DNA of 64,000 nucleotides from Glycera tridactyla. Lineage: Eukaryota. Every line of letters begins with the position of its first letter. The first letter of the stretch is position 1. The position numbers and the translations under genes were made by a program. Below, one piece after another: positions 13,001 to 25,867 of this stretch. The notes below the pieces were generated by a model. The model did not search any database, was not told where the DNA came from, and saw only the letters and a program-made list of their open reading frames with translations. The stretch is taken from assembly GCA_965644265.1 (NCBI GenBank), contig OZ286459.1, positions 92,690,001 to 92,754,000 on the forward strand, read 5' to 3'.

Positions 13001-16000
13001 GAAGATAGCTGCTTGAAATGCTTTCTATCACATCCCTATTTCTTATACTATGGCACCATGATAGAAGATAGCACCAATGTTTCCATCATAAACGTGATGA
13101 ATTGACTTGGCAGGTATAATCATAGGGGAGTGCTCTGCCATCTTGAACCCCACCAGGTTTGAGAAAGCTGATAAGGACAATAATAGTGGCACCTCACTAT
13201 TGGGGGTATGAAACAAAAAACTGCCAGAGAGAGGCCAGTCGCCCAATTGTGACTCGACACAACAATGACACCCAAATTGCTATTGAAGGTTCTGGCCTTT
13301 CAATTTTGTGATGAAATATGGGAATATTTGACTTTTCCATGAGTTCTCTGTGGTGTAGATCGTCTCATCATCCAGGGGATACCAAAAAACCTAGAAGTAT
13401 GAAGGCACAAACTGCTTGACAGTAGCCCTTCTCTGCTGTATTTCATATCTGGCATTGGTCGTGTTTGACAGGTGGCCACTATATATACTGGTAAAATATA
13501 GAGGAAATACAATGACTGATACTGATAGTGGTTGCTATAGACAGGGATTCACTTTATTGGGGCAGTGTTGGCTGAAGTGAGACATTTGTCTTGCCACTAT
13601 ACAAAATGTGAGACATTGACACAAATATGAAACAAATGTTACGAGTGTTTGCTCTGGAATGTGACTGAAGTGAGACATTTGTCTCACCACTTTTCAGAAT
13701 GTGAGACATTACACTCAAGTGGATGACAAATGTCTCGCAATCTCCCCTGATATCCATTGAATGACATGAACAACTTTGGGTGGTACCTCCACAACCATTA
13801 ACAATGCATGCATATGATTGACAAGTTGCTGACAATTTATGAAAAAGAATTGCTTGGCTTGCATTCCAGGTTTGTCAATTATCATAAAATAATGAAAGAG
13901 AGAGAAAGAGGGAGAACCCCCCCCCCCCCCACACACACAGACATGTGCATACACCTGATTCCTCAGGCTTGAGTGTCAGCTTTCAGCCAGTTACATAGAT
14001 ATGCCAGCATAGGTTTATTCATGTATATGCAGAGTAGGTAGAGGTGTGTCTGAACTGTCAGCCACTTCCGCTTGCCAACATTTCAGATCCCCATTATCTT
14101 GTGTTCAGGGTTTGTGAGAGTGATATCTGCAGGGAAGAGAACATCTAGCTCTCATTAACAATGAATACACGGCATACATAACCCTAGGGTTGATACACGC
14201 CATTAAACCTCAAACAAACAAAAACTGTATCCTATGATATTGATGTTGACTTAACCTTAACTGCTGTGCACTGGGAGCGGCCCGCAGTGTCCTCCATCCC
14301 AGCAGAAGGCTGACAAGACGCTCTGTGAGGATGACTACGTGTGTTACAGAGGGGTGAGTACAGGCACCTTTTTCACTTATTTCTATTCTCTCATCTTCTC
14401 TCATCTCACCTCTACCAAACTATAGTCGAACCTGTCTTGAAAGACCACCCTTGATTGCATCCAAACATGATCGTTTTAGACAGGTAGTCTTTATAGAGAG
14501 GTTGTTTACTGTAGAAAATACCATTATAGTGGTCTTTATATAGAGGTGATCTCTTGAGCAGGTTTGACTTTTTTTGTGTCATGGAACAATAGTGGATTTC
14601 ATGGTGTGTGGTTTTCTTAGTGAAGAACACATGCACACATACACAGATAGACACATGTACATGCNNNNNNNNNNNNNNNNNNNNNNNNNNNNNNNNNNNN
14701 NNNNNNNNNNNNNNNNNNNNNNNNNNNNNNNNNNNNNNNNNNNNNNNNNNNNNNNNNNNNNNNNNNNNNNNNNNNNNNNNNNNNNNNNNNNNNNNNNNNN
14801 NNNNNNNNNNNNNNNNNNNNNNNNNNNNNNNNNTGCCCAATTAGCTCACCTGTCTTCTTTACAGGGCATCTCTGTATCTTCTAGTGTATTCCGGTCAGCC
14901 AACTTCTCCATGTTTTCCATATTCAAGAGGCAGTGACCGATAGCGCAGCCCATTTCTCTTGACATAAACTGTTATCCAGGGAGTGACCGTGGCCCCTTTA
15001 TAGGTGCACCAGCACTAATGTAGTTAAAAAGGGCACCATTGTCCACTTAAAGCCAGTTCATCTCACGCTGGCTCATGCCAACAAGCCTAAGTGGTGGTCT
15101 CATAAAGTATGTTGTACTGTCTGGTGTGTGGGCTAAACAGGGCATAAGACATGAAATTAGTCAGGTAAAGCATGGTAGCTGTCAGCGGGTCTGCACCACA
15201 ACAGTGCATCTTCCATGTTTGGCTTGCTCTACACCTACACCTACCTGTCTCCTCATGTTCCATTTGTTGCTTCCTCCCTCATCGCAACATCAGGAGCTAT
15301 ATTGGGATGCTCATGTATCAAGCATGGACTGGAATCATTCTAGAATCCTCCTCCAGGATCCTCTTTGAGAAGTGAATGCTTATTGGATCCATGGGCAGTT
15401 TTCATTGAGTAGACATCGAGGTCATTTCAGATTGTGTAGCAGCTTTCAGCCAGTTTGTTTCCATGTCAGGATGCTCTTGACCATAACAATAGACCCCTTC
15501 TTACAGGGGTCAGCTCATTCAGGTCTGTCTTTCATTTCCTGCAATTCTTAATGGTGTCTGAATCTATAAACTGCATATCACTGAATGTGTAGACCTCAAT
15601 ATCCATCATTGGCTATCATGCTAACTGTAGTGGCTCCTAGTCTTCAGTGTGAAACAAGTTCACTTACTTTTCCTATTATATTCCTTGGTAGGCCAGTTCA
15701 AGTTTGAGCATTTCTCATCTCCCACAAAGACAGCGTTAAAGGCATGGTTGGAACAATACACAGTCACCACCACTGATGTTCCACTCAGCTTTATACAGGG
15801 ATGCCTCCATGAATGAGAAGCACAAATCATGTAGACCTGTGTACTGCTACAGGTCTGATATTGAATGGTGAAGCTTGTAGCCAGTTTGATTTTGTCGAGA
15901 ACTTGAGTGATGGCACTTTAATAGTCCAGACACCATGGCAGTCTTCAGCAGATTTTATATTCACTTGATGCCTGCAGCTTAGTAAATTTTATGGAAGTGT

Positions 16001-19000
16001 TTGCATGAATACTTGTTTTGATCATTTATGGGATGTCAATTGTTGACTGCAGGAATGTACGGGATCCATATGTCTGGCGTATGAGCTTGAGTCTTGTCAG
16101 TGCCCACCTGAATCTGAAGATGACTTCAAGGACCCAAACCTCTGTAAACTCTGCTGTAAATTGCCAGGAGAAGGGGCCAGATGCAGGTTGGTAACATTCA
16201 TATTAGTTGATTAGTTTGGGCGATCTCATATGACGACAGAAAGTACATCCAGCTATGATGGATAATTGGTAAAAGCCAGGCAGATCAGGGCAGCCAATAA
16301 AACTTCACAAAGCCATGATATTTTACCTCACAACTCGCCATGTTGGAAACTAGAATTATGAAGCCATTAAAAGCTCCCCCACCCCATGTGCCTCTGACAA
16401 ATTTGGGCAGTTTCAGATTATTGAGAAAGGTCATCTCATGAGACGTGTGACACCATTACTGAGGTACCTAATTGTAAGAAAAGTGCTCGTTAAATGAAAT
16501 ATCTCATAATTGCAGTAGATATAGTAGAAACTATGGTGAGGGACTTCCTGATGGGAGACCATCTTTTTGAAATGACTTTTATGAAAAGGTTTTCCATCTT
16601 ATTCTATCCTCGAAAGGTTTACCCAACATTACATTGATGTTTGGTATAAAGTTGTTGAATCAACTGCCAGGGTCTCTGCCGACTCTGATCATATTGATTG
16701 AGCATGTTGTAAATGATCATCATGCCATATAGCCAAGTGCATATTTACCTTATTCCATCAAATAGACACACCTGCTTGATTAGACACACCTCCTTCTGAA
16801 AGCCCAACAAATCCCAAAAAGGAAAATGCATCTTGCCAAAATATCCTCTTCTTGGTAGGTACATTACTGCATATTTCACACATTCATTAGTAATGAATGC
16901 TTCATGCATTTAAGGGTGCATTCTCAATCATTCTTTCACCAAGGTGATTGTATGCACGAGTCTGCAATCACCATGATTAGAAGGTACCACTATCAGAATG
17001 CTTAATATTGCCCACTGTCAGCTATCCAATATGTGAGTTGTAGCATTATACTGTCATAGGAATATTTCATGTACCCACATATTTCGAGTTATTCCTACAC
17101 TTGGTAGCTCTATTGGCAAAATATGTTTCATGATGCAAAAAGTGAGTGAAAAACAAGATGGCGGCGGTGGAATTCCCCCCGTTTGTTCTGCACTGCTTGT
17201 CCTTTGTCGCATATTTTGATAAGATATATCTGTTTGAGCACTTGAATGTGCATACCAGTTGATGGAGATCCCAGCTTCCCCAGCCTCCTACATCACCATT
17301 TCTTGTGGGACCTCCTGGAAAACCCCCAAAATATGTAGAATTGCTCACTCCCAAGTTTTGATGTCAACTTGACTTTTCGCTAGATACAGGTTGGTGGGCT
17401 CCACGGGACCGAATATGGCATTCCAGTGTTCACGTTAGACAGGTTTCCACTATATATACAGGTCAGTTATAGTGAAAAAACCTTTGGGTGGACCATGGGG
17501 TATGTGCTGTAGACAGGATTTTGCTGTGCACATGATCGTGCTCAGGCAGGTTTTACAGTATGTATATGTATCAAAGTGTATATTTTTGTATACAAAATGT
17601 ATACCCTCACTTGCATNNNNNNNNNNNNNNNNNNNNNNNNNNNNNNNNNNNNNNNNNNNNNNNNNNNNNNNNNNNNNNNNNNNNNNNNNNNNNNNNNNNN
17701 NNNNNNNNNNNNNNNNNNNNNNNNNNNNNNNNNNNNNNNNNNNNNNNNNNNNNNNNNNNNNNNNNNNNNNNNNNNNNNNNNNNNNNNNNNNNNNNNNNNN
17801 NNNNNNNNGTCTGCTGCAGGTCGTCTTATGAGTGGAACTCAGCACCTTACGATGTGCCTGACATGATGGCCAAACCTGGCACTCCCTGTAATGATTACAA
17901 AGGCTACTGTGATGTCTTCCATAAGTGTAGAGAGGTCAGTAGAAATTTACTCGATCTAGTCAGCAGCTCTATTTTCAAAAGTACTCTCATGAATTCCCCA
18001 TATTATTGCCAGTCAGAGTCCCCGCTAATGACCTTATTAAGGACATGATATTGATTCAGGTTTCAGGGATATTCTTTGAAAATCTGAAGCCTTCGTGAAA
18101 CATTGAAAAAATTCAGATACAATTTCTGCCGGTTGGGCTACACAGTTGTATTATTGAAAAAAACATAAAGTATATTGGCACATCTTGCAAGAAATGCAAA
18201 ATGAGCTAATTGTATTTCTTTGAAGACAAGAAGCTGATTCAGGGTCCCTCAAAGAAATAAAGTTCATGAATGGAAATCATCAGTGTGGTGCTGTACTTCT
18301 GATGGGCACAATCAGATTTTCTACCTAGAACCTAGATCAGAGATGGGGGTACACTTGATACTGTGTACATTTGTAATGCTGGATATTGCATTCCATGAAA
18401 CCATGGTTTCTGGGAAGCTTGTTCCAATATATCGTTAATTATTAATCGATGGAGAGAACTGACTTCAATATGGGCGGGGATTTTCAGACTAGCCTTTCTC
18501 TTCTTTGAATTACTCCCTTTTAAAATCCCAATTACTACCCGTGGTAAAATATCTGTTCACATCTGGGCCGAGTGGAGTGGTTAGGTTCTACTCAGTTGGC
18601 TCCACATCGAAGAGCCTCCAATTTGAGAAGTGCAGGTCCTGTATCACTTTTAAATATCTTTGAATGGGTCACCCATCCGAGCTCAAACTCTGCTTCTTGT
18701 GTAGCAACACTGTTCGATTGAGAAGCCGAGTGACCAAACCTAATGCATTCCCTGTTGTTTATTCATGAAGGTTGATCCGTCTGGGCCGTTAGCCAATCTG
18801 AAGAAACTTATCTTCAGTGAGGAAGGTATGCAGTCGATGAGAGAGTGGTTGCAGAGTTACTGGTATGTCGTTCTCACTGCAGCAGTAGCATTCATTATAT
18901 TCATGGTGAGTACCTGTCTGTCTGTCTGTCTGTCTATCTGTCTATCAGTGTTTGACATGTTATATTTCTATACATGTTGCTGAGAAGAAAGGCATGAGTG

Positions 19001-21437
19001 AGTGATGTACCAGGGTGCTTCACTTCCACAGTATTCTGTGTAATATCTCATATTAAGTAGGAGTTCCACATTCTATTATATCAATCTAGGTCACAATTGC
19101 CAATCATATCCCTCAACATGTTTGCTGAGTGATGTTTCATGTATAGGAATTCTTGCTACATGCCTAGTTTGATCCAATCTTCAGTGTACAGTAGTGCTCC
19201 ACCAAACAATGCAAAGATCAATTTAATTGACGATTCTGGGTGCCGATCCGATTAATCAGCACTCATTTTGGGGTTAAAAATGGCTAAAATGAGCAGATAA
19301 GCACCATTTCTCACAGGACAGAAGGAATTAATGAACACATGACGAATATTTGCCTAATGCAGATTGGTGTCTGTATAAATCTTGAAAATCTATCGAATAT
19401 TCTTGAAAAATGTGTGAGATGAGCAGCTGTATCATCATGACATCTTTATTTGAGGCATCTCTCTTGCCCAGTTTGCACGGGAATGTTGAATATCCAGGGG
19501 TTCCTACTTCAAGAAAAGACCGATCTAAGATTGATCATCATTCGCTCACCATGCTGATTAATCGATGCTGGTTTTCGGCACCGAGTCCGAACACTAGTGT
19601 ACGATCGTTTTGTCATTCATGCGCATGACATGAGAAGCTAAGTCAGATGCAGCTGACATGTATGTAATGGTTGGTGAGATGCTAATGTGCTTATTTATGG
19701 CATATGTAATTTATATGCATGGCCGGTGGGAGCCTCTTACCATACCTCATACATTGTCATTATTCCCTAACTCTGCCTTTGTAAGTCGGTGCTTGTGTCC
19801 GATTTAGCATTCCCTCTCTACCATTCATCAGACATCACTCCTTATAGCCTGTGATGATATGAAGGCCATCTTAGTCATGTAGCAGTAGTGACTTCTGTAA
19901 TCTCAGAGAGGCAATTTCCAAGAATTTTGCTGGTCTACTTTGAGGCGGTACATGAAAAAAAGATTTATTTGTACTTGAGCATGAGCCATAAAACTCGCTG
20001 AGCATAAGTCATTTCAGCCATGACATTTTTTGAGCATGAACTATTTTCAGCCACGACAGTTGTTGAGCATGAGCCATTTTCAGGCATGAAATTTGATGGA
20101 TTCGCATATATGACCTATATTCAGGAAACATTGTTATGGCTTGCCTCCACCGAGACTCACACAATGGGAATACAGTGAAAGTGGTGATGAGAGACCCTAA
20201 AAAAGAGACTGCTGTGTGAGAGAAGACCACTTTCTCAGTTTGGCATAGCCTAAAACACCCCCGATGAGAGCCCACCTGTTTTGAAGGACCATTTCCCTCT
20301 GTAGTTATTTGCTCTACGGTCATCTCAGAGGGAATTCATATCAACTTGCACTGTATATTGCTGGTTGGATTCAGCAAATTGTTTGTAATATTTGATACAA
20401 TAGTGGAGCAGATGTGTGTTGCTTATTATCTCTACTTAAAATGTGATTGAAAACCACACATGTATGTATGGAGTGATGTAACGCCAGCTTCCAACAGAAG
20501 CCAAAATCATTTACTTATTCATTTATTGTAAGCACTTTTGTACATGTAATGTAATGCAACTTACTGCTACTACAGTTGTTGTTACATCAATGTCAGTAGA
20601 ATTGAAAATGTAATACTGAGATTTAACATATTTTCTTATACCACGGATTGGTCAATATGAGTGGAATAGTGGGGTGTTGAATATAACTTGACTATTCCAC
20701 ACCCAGCTAGAACATGCGAGAACTGCGTCGGCAGCAGGAGACAATAGCGAGTTATGTGACTTTGCATTATGACGTAGAAGAGGCAGCATGGGTGCACGTC
20801 TCAACTGATGCTCTTATCGGCTGGTTCTGAAGGTAATTTCACCCCGAGTCAACTAAAATTCTGACAAATCCATGGTATGAATGTGAGAAACCACGCCCAT
20901 GAAATATGCAAGTGATATCCAGCCGTGACTCTCACCTCATTAGATATAACTTGAATATTCCACGGGCGTGGTTCCTCACTATGATATTACATGCTTTGCT
21001 TGATCAAGTGATGTCTATAATCACAGCATGGAACAGACTCTGTAAGTAATATCTACCAATGTTTTGCGATGTTTCAGGCGATGTTTGTGAAAGTTTGTAC
21101 CCCAAAGAAGCAGACTTTAATAAAACCGTTGAAGCCAAAAACAGAGATGGATAATCATGGTGTGCATGTACACATGCAGCCAGTTCACCAGGTGATACGG
21201 AGTACGACACCAACACATGAAAATACGGAGCAACATTGGGCCAAACGAGCCAATCGTATTCCGCCGACTGCCACGGGTACTCTCCCGAACTTCTCCAAGC
21301 TGGAAAAACCGGGTCAAGTCAGCAAACAAAACAAAGCCACAAATACGAAGCAGCCATTGCCAGCCATGAAAGTACTTCAGTCAAGGACTAATTTTCCTGT
21401 GACACGTAAATTCCGCCGACAAGAGGGTTGGGTATGA
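3860..21437 (+). CDS. ADAM10: ADAM10/kuzbanian metalloprotease-disintegrin, 3' part (5' exons including HExxH not found in window)
   Basis: Exons 3860-4034, 8472-8631, 11366-11470, 14272-14353, 16053-16186, 17820-17934, 18771-18905 and 21078-21437 splice in frame. The product has ADAM10 motifs [57 protein letters not shown] and [12 protein letters not shown], then a TM helix. Confidence 0.95.
4666..4869. mobile_element. MITE with 12-bp TIR; related partial copies at about 3056-3136 (inverted) and 5886-6035
   Basis: GGCTCTACATTG/CAATGTAGAGCC; shared GGTAGCCATTGGCTACCCACAGGTAGC block. Confidence 0.65.
6621..7046. mobile_element. MITE-like repeat, copy 1
   Basis: CAGTCTTC/GAAGACTG ends and AGCCACTCTC/GAGAGTGGCT subterminal inversion; diverged copy at 9549-9989. 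Confidence 0.55.
8472..8631 (+). CDS. ADAM10: ADAM10 exon: start of disintegrin domain
   Basis: ttgtag|CG CCT; [30 protein letters not shown]...AIC; AG|gtaagt. Confidence 0.95.
8661..8806. mobile_element. Tc1/mariner (pogo-like) MITE; related copy at 14423-14568
   Basis: TIR CAGTCGAACCTG/CAGGTTCGACTG with TA on both sides. Confidence 0.75.
9549..9989. mobile_element. MITE-like repeat, copy 2
   Basis: Shares TATGCAAAGTCATCTTG, AATTCACT and GAGAGTGGCTAAATTTGA blocks with 6621-7046. Confidence 0.55.
11366..11470 (+). CDS. ADAM10: ADAM10 exon: disintegrin, ends at a U12-type donor
   Basis: ttacag|T CCA; [34 protein letters not shown]; GA|atatcctt. Confidence 0.92.
12545..13072. repeat. 63-bp minisatellite, about 8.5 copies
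   Basis: ATGGCACCATGAT recurs at 12546, 12609, 12672 and so on to 13050. Confidence 0.95.
13963..14225 (+). repeat. Dispersed ~260-bp repeat with AAAC-type end
   Basis: Similar to 41703-41973; minus-strand copies at about 55615-55786 and 63690-63880; split copy around the PLE. Confidence 0.8.
14272..14353 (+). CDS. ADAM10: ADAM10 exon: disintegrin/Cys-rich junction
   Basis: gcac|T GGG; [27 protein letters not shown]; |gtgagt. Confidence 0.9.
16053..16186 (+). CDS. ADAM10: ADAM10 exon: Cys-rich domain
   Basis: ctgcag|GAA TGT; [17 protein letters not shown]...[15 protein letters not shown]; AG|gttggt. Confidence 0.93.
17820..17934 (+). CDS. ADAM10: ADAM10 exon: Cys-rich domain
   Basis: ctgcag|G TCG; [38 protein letters not shown]; |gtcagt. 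Confidence 0.93.
18771..18905 (+). CDS. ADAM10: ADAM10 exon: stalk and transmembrane helix
   Basis: atgaag|GTT GAT; [19 protein letters not shown]...[16 protein letters not shown]; |gtgagt. Confidence 0.93.
20636..20979. mobile_element. Two abutting MITE-like hairpin units (20636-20880, 20883-20979)
   Basis: TTATACCACGGATTGGTCA/TGACAAATCCATGGTATGA and GTGAGAAACCACGCCC/GGGCGTGGTTCCTCAC; both contain ATATAACTTGA. Confidence 0.55.
21078..21437 (+). CDS. ADAM10: ADAM10 probable terminal coding exon (cytoplasmic tail)
   Basis: tttcag|GCG ATG TTT GTG AAA GTT TGT. AMFVKVC completes the TM/juxtamembrane segment in phase 0; open to TGA at 21435-21437. Confidence 0.72.
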   Translation, partial: AMFVKVCTPKKQTLIKPLKPKTEMDNHGVHVHMQPVHQVIRSTTPTHENTEQHWAKRANRIPPTATGTLPNFSKLEKPGQVSKQNKATNTKQPLPAMKVLQSRTNFPVTRKFRRQEGWV

Positions 21438-21804
21438 CACGTGCTGGGCTATACATATGATTCACTGCAGATGTCTATATACTGCTCTCTTTTATGATCA
21501 TTTGACAAAATATTCAATGTCAGATAAATATAGCTTCCAGTCCCCATCAGCTACAACACTTATAGAATTGGAATCTATATATTGTGGTTACCGCATTATT
21601 GATAATTTCTGTCAGTACTAGTCATTTATAGTCATAGGAAACTGTGATGAGGTCACACAGTCAATCAGTCATGCCATCCGTCAAGTTGACAATCCATGAA
21701 TACAGCCAATAAGCATTATCATCTTATCCCATGAATAGGGTTGAAAAAAACGGATGGAAGACATTGCTTTGGAAAAAATGCAGATCTCCCACTCTTGCCG
21801 GTGC

Positions 21805-21807
<3 letters not shown>

Positions 21808-21878
<71 letters not shown>
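21808..21878. repeat. Compound microsatellite (TG)n(TGCC)n
   Basis: Direct reading. Confidence 0.9.
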
Positions 21879-24800
21879 CATGCGGGCAGGCATGCGTGTA
21901 TGCATGATTATTTGAGGTGTAAAAAGTTACTGGTATTCACTTCATGTGAAGAATAATGCGGATGGTTCTCAATATACTTTCAAACCTACAGATGTGAGAT
22001 TATGCTCCAGTTCTTCTCAACTCTCTCATGATCATACTGAGCCTGTCAGACAAAAGTTGACTACATGGGCTCAGCATCCAATAGCTGCAATCACTGCCTG
22101 TAGCGATGCATACATTCACACCTGGATGAAGCAGGGTACAGAGGTGCAGCTCGAAGTCAAATTCCTATGATGAATACAAAATTTGCTTAATTTGGAACGA
22201 TTGTTTAAACGATTTTGACGATGTTTCGACTCCGCCTAGGGAGTGTGGATCAAATGATGTTACATGCAATCCGTCAAAATTGTTTCAACAATTGTTCCAA
22301 AGTAAGCAAATTTTGTATTCATCATAAATCAGAAAAAGATCAATGTCATCTCTACTTCCATTCCTATGTTAGAAATGCAGATGATGTGGATCTGTGTGGT
22401 GATAATGCAGTTCCAGCATTGGATGGTCAACTTGTCAATTATAGTCACCCATCTGACAGAGAAGTTGGCTCACCGTTGGATAACACTGCAGTGTAAAAAC
22501 CAACTGGAGAATATCCTAAGGACTTGCAGCTTTTATCGGTGTTTCACAATGAGGTGCTTTCTATTGTGCTAGTATTTGCAAGCAAGATTTCATGAATTCC
22601 GATCTCACCGCAGTTTCGCCCTGAAAGGCGTGGTAGTTGTTGAAGCGAATCATTCTGCTACGATAGCATGAAAATGTGACCTCACACCAACAGTCCGCCC
22701 TCCCCAACAACAAAAATCCCCATCTTGACTGAAATTTGATCTTACGCTGATTGTAACTACATGTACTTGTAATATCAGAATAAGTGGTAGCATATGGCGG
22801 ACATATGCACATGGGTGATTGGAATATTTATCTGATGTTCTTATTTTTTGTCAATCCTCTCTGATTCAGGTTTATATGCAACTTTGTACAAACTTGTATT
22901 CTCATGACAGTGGTCGATACTATTCCATGGAATGCTGGGAAAGGGCAGAACAGAGATGCGGTATGGTGTCCCATAAGTGGATTATCAGAAATTATCACAA
23001 CCTTCATTTTGTTAAACATTTGCATCATGGTGGAAATATTACCTCCATGTTGAAAATATTACCTCGAATGTAGAAATATCACCACCATGTTGGTAATGAA
23101 TTCATGCCGTGCTGGAAATGTTTGGACCATAGTGGTAATTATTTCCAATGACGTTAGAAATGATTCCACCACAGTCGGAATGTTTGCACCACGGTGGAAA
23201 TTTGCAAAACTGGAGGTTGTAATTATATTTTTGATGTCACTTATGTACCACCATAATGTGGCGCTAAGGCAACAAAACAAACAAGTGACAGAGATGGTTG
23301 ATTCGTTGGCTTGTCAGTTTTGGGCTTGTTCTCACATCCGCTGTATGATTGCGGCATTCCATCGGATGGTATCGCTCCAGAACGGCTGGCACAATTGTCT
23401 ACATGCCACGGATTCACTCCAAGCAGTGCTGCCTCAAATATTTTTGTACACATTTTCATTTCTCGTCAGTGGCCAAGCAGTTAGACATGCCTCTATTGGT
23501 TGGAGACTGTGTAAAAAATATAGCTTTTGAGATGCATATGCTGCCTAAGATATTGACCAGAATGGGAAAGTACTATTCGCACAGGCTTGAGTCTCTTGGC
23601 GTTTACCCCCAGCTCATTTACATACCTAACAACATTATGAATGACTCCACAGTGGCAGGATAATTGTTGAACAATATAAAGTGGTCACTCAAAGATGCTC
23701 ATCATTTTGTTTGTGAAGGGATGTTATGGACTGATTTCTGTTCATTGCAGGTAATTGCTCTCCAAAGGCTCGGGCATTTATGGTTTCATACACAGATTTT
23801 GATTTGAATTCATGTGACTATCAATCAATATGGTTGCCAACATGGCTGGTTTTGTGTTGCTGGGTCATGCTTTATTGTTAAGAAAAATCCAGTTGCAGGG
23901 GGTCTTCTTTAAGCCTCATTCAATCTCAGGATGATAATACTAAATTTGCTCTCGAGAAAAGTCCTGTGATTAAGAAAAATATCAAACAGTCTCATGTAAT
24001 TTATATTCAGGGATGTGATAGTTATGTGCTTGAGCTCTCATTATCCTCACAGAATTTGAAAGAGTAGTTCTTGTTCTGCCCCAGGAAATATCAGATCAGT
24101 AGATGGAGGGAAGTGCACTATATTGATTCTCCTGAATATTTTGAGTATCCAGTAGGCTGTATCTATGCAGTGTCTTATCAGATAACTCAAACTGCAATCC
24201 CTTTCCCTCAACAGTTTTTTGTGTGGGTACAAACTGCATCAAAGTTCGCTGTCATCAGTCTATAGGAATTCTGTTCCAAAATGACATTATCATCAGATTT
24301 ATTTCCACATATGGTCTGTCCTATCAAGCTCTAAGTCAGAATGAAATCATGTTTCCAGACACACCATTGAAATGTACAAATTAGATTTTTTTTTAAATTC
24401 ATCCAATACCTGATGCTTCAATTCTTACAGTCTATTCCACTTCTTTTGTGGCCCTTGTTTTTCACGATTTCTCTGCGATAGGAACTATTTTTCTCTGTGA
24501 AATATGGGCGACATCAATTTCTGCTACTGTTGGTATATACACAACTAGTAGTCAAACCAGGTATCATCGATAAGAGAACTGTAAATAAATGCAGTCTGTA
24601 CTCATTAACCCCTGCGACGTTACGAAACATGCCACCATAAGACATCTGACCGGCAGTCATGACATAGAATGGCGGGATTGCAAGTCATCAATACATAAGC
24701 AATGTGACCAAAGTCAGGAACTCAGCAATCGTAAATAATTAAGATTGCATCACCCGTGGAAGAATGGTCACAACCAAAGTGGAATTGACTATATGTGAAA

Positions 24801-25764
24801 TGGTCTCATGTGGAGATGGTTGATGGTTTGCCTGTTTCACTATTGTTGCTTTGAACCAAATGGGTATCAGGCACACCAGTTCTGGGTTACCAGTGCATTC
24901 CAATTTCCTTGTGATGCTCATTTATCTTTTTGCTGATGCTCAAGTACCTTCAGACAACCTCATGAAAACAGCATTCATAAACATGGTAGTCATTTGATAA
25001 TTTTAAGAAATCGGATAGATTCTCGGTACTCACAGTGAAAGTTTTTGATGGTAGAAGCTTTCAAAATTCATCTGGATTCCATCTTCAGCTACTGCGGCAT
25101 TTGCTGTCGCTGTTGTGTGGAGGGTGAGCCGGCCCTGATCCCATTTGAGTGCTGGCTGGGTGGTGGTAATATGGATCGCCTCATCCATATCGGTTGGTAT
25201 CTATGATGCTGAAAGAAATGATTGCATGAGTGTATTTGGAGACAACCTCATGCATCCATTCACAATTGTAACATGAGTATTGGGACTGGATTCCACGTTA
25301 ATTACGAAATCACTTACTTTGCTGCTGCGGGCGATTACCTTCTGCTTATGTCATCAACGAACACTCGCGACACACCACACTGGTCGATTCAGAAGAATGG
25401 TGATCATAAATCATACTGTATTGGGTGAAAATGGATTGACTGTAAAAATGGAAGAAATCCATATCAAAATTATTTTCGAAAATGAATTCATGTTAAAAAA
25501 AATGTATGATAGCAGCAGTAGGTCATTTTGCCTTGGCAGCTCAGGTGATCCACGGATGATATTTTCATGATGAAATCATGTTTGAACGCCATTCCTATAC
25601 AGCCTATCGGTCAAAGAACGCTCCTGACCTGATGCATTTGCTTTGAGGGGGGGGGGGGGATAGTTCCGAGCCTTGCTTGAAAAGCATTGCTGTCAGGTTC
25701 GAGTGCTGGATTCTGGCCAGTTACATACATGTAGATATATATATATATATTTTTTTTTTTTTTT

Positions 25765-25823
25765 CGTCATTCCGAGTCTCACCTTGAGCGACGACGGACG
25801 CTTGGCCACGTATACAACATATA
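25765..25823 (+). repeat. Left terminal direct repeat of the PLE (59 bp)
   Basis: CGTCATTCCGAGTCTCACCTTGAGCGACGACGGACGCTTGGCCACGTATACAACATATA, identical to 31849-31907. Confidence 0.95.
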
Positions 25824-25867
25824 AATTTGCTGTCCGCTCGCTCATACCGACACGGAACTGACTGAAA

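Larger units (their letters stand above)
11471..14271 (+). other. U12-type (minor spliceosome) AT-AC intron
   Basis: 5' end ATATCCTTGA, branch site CCTTAAC at 14255-14261, 3' end AC at 14270-14271. Removal restores the frame: [11 protein letters not shown]. Confidence 0.92.

Noticed and set aside
12545-13072. CRISPR-like array, or the repeat-protein ORFs 12516-12920 and 12554-13105
   Set aside because: Contiguous tandem units with no unique spacers, in a eukaryotic intron. The ORFs arise from the 63-bp period.
14834-15950. Possible decayed LINE endonuclease fragment on - ([19 protein letters not shown])
   Set aside because: Only two vague motifs among many stops; insufficient support.
23027-23205. 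Degenerate ~17-bp tandem motif (GGAAATATTACCACCATG-like)
   Set aside because: Highly decayed minisatellite with no further structure.
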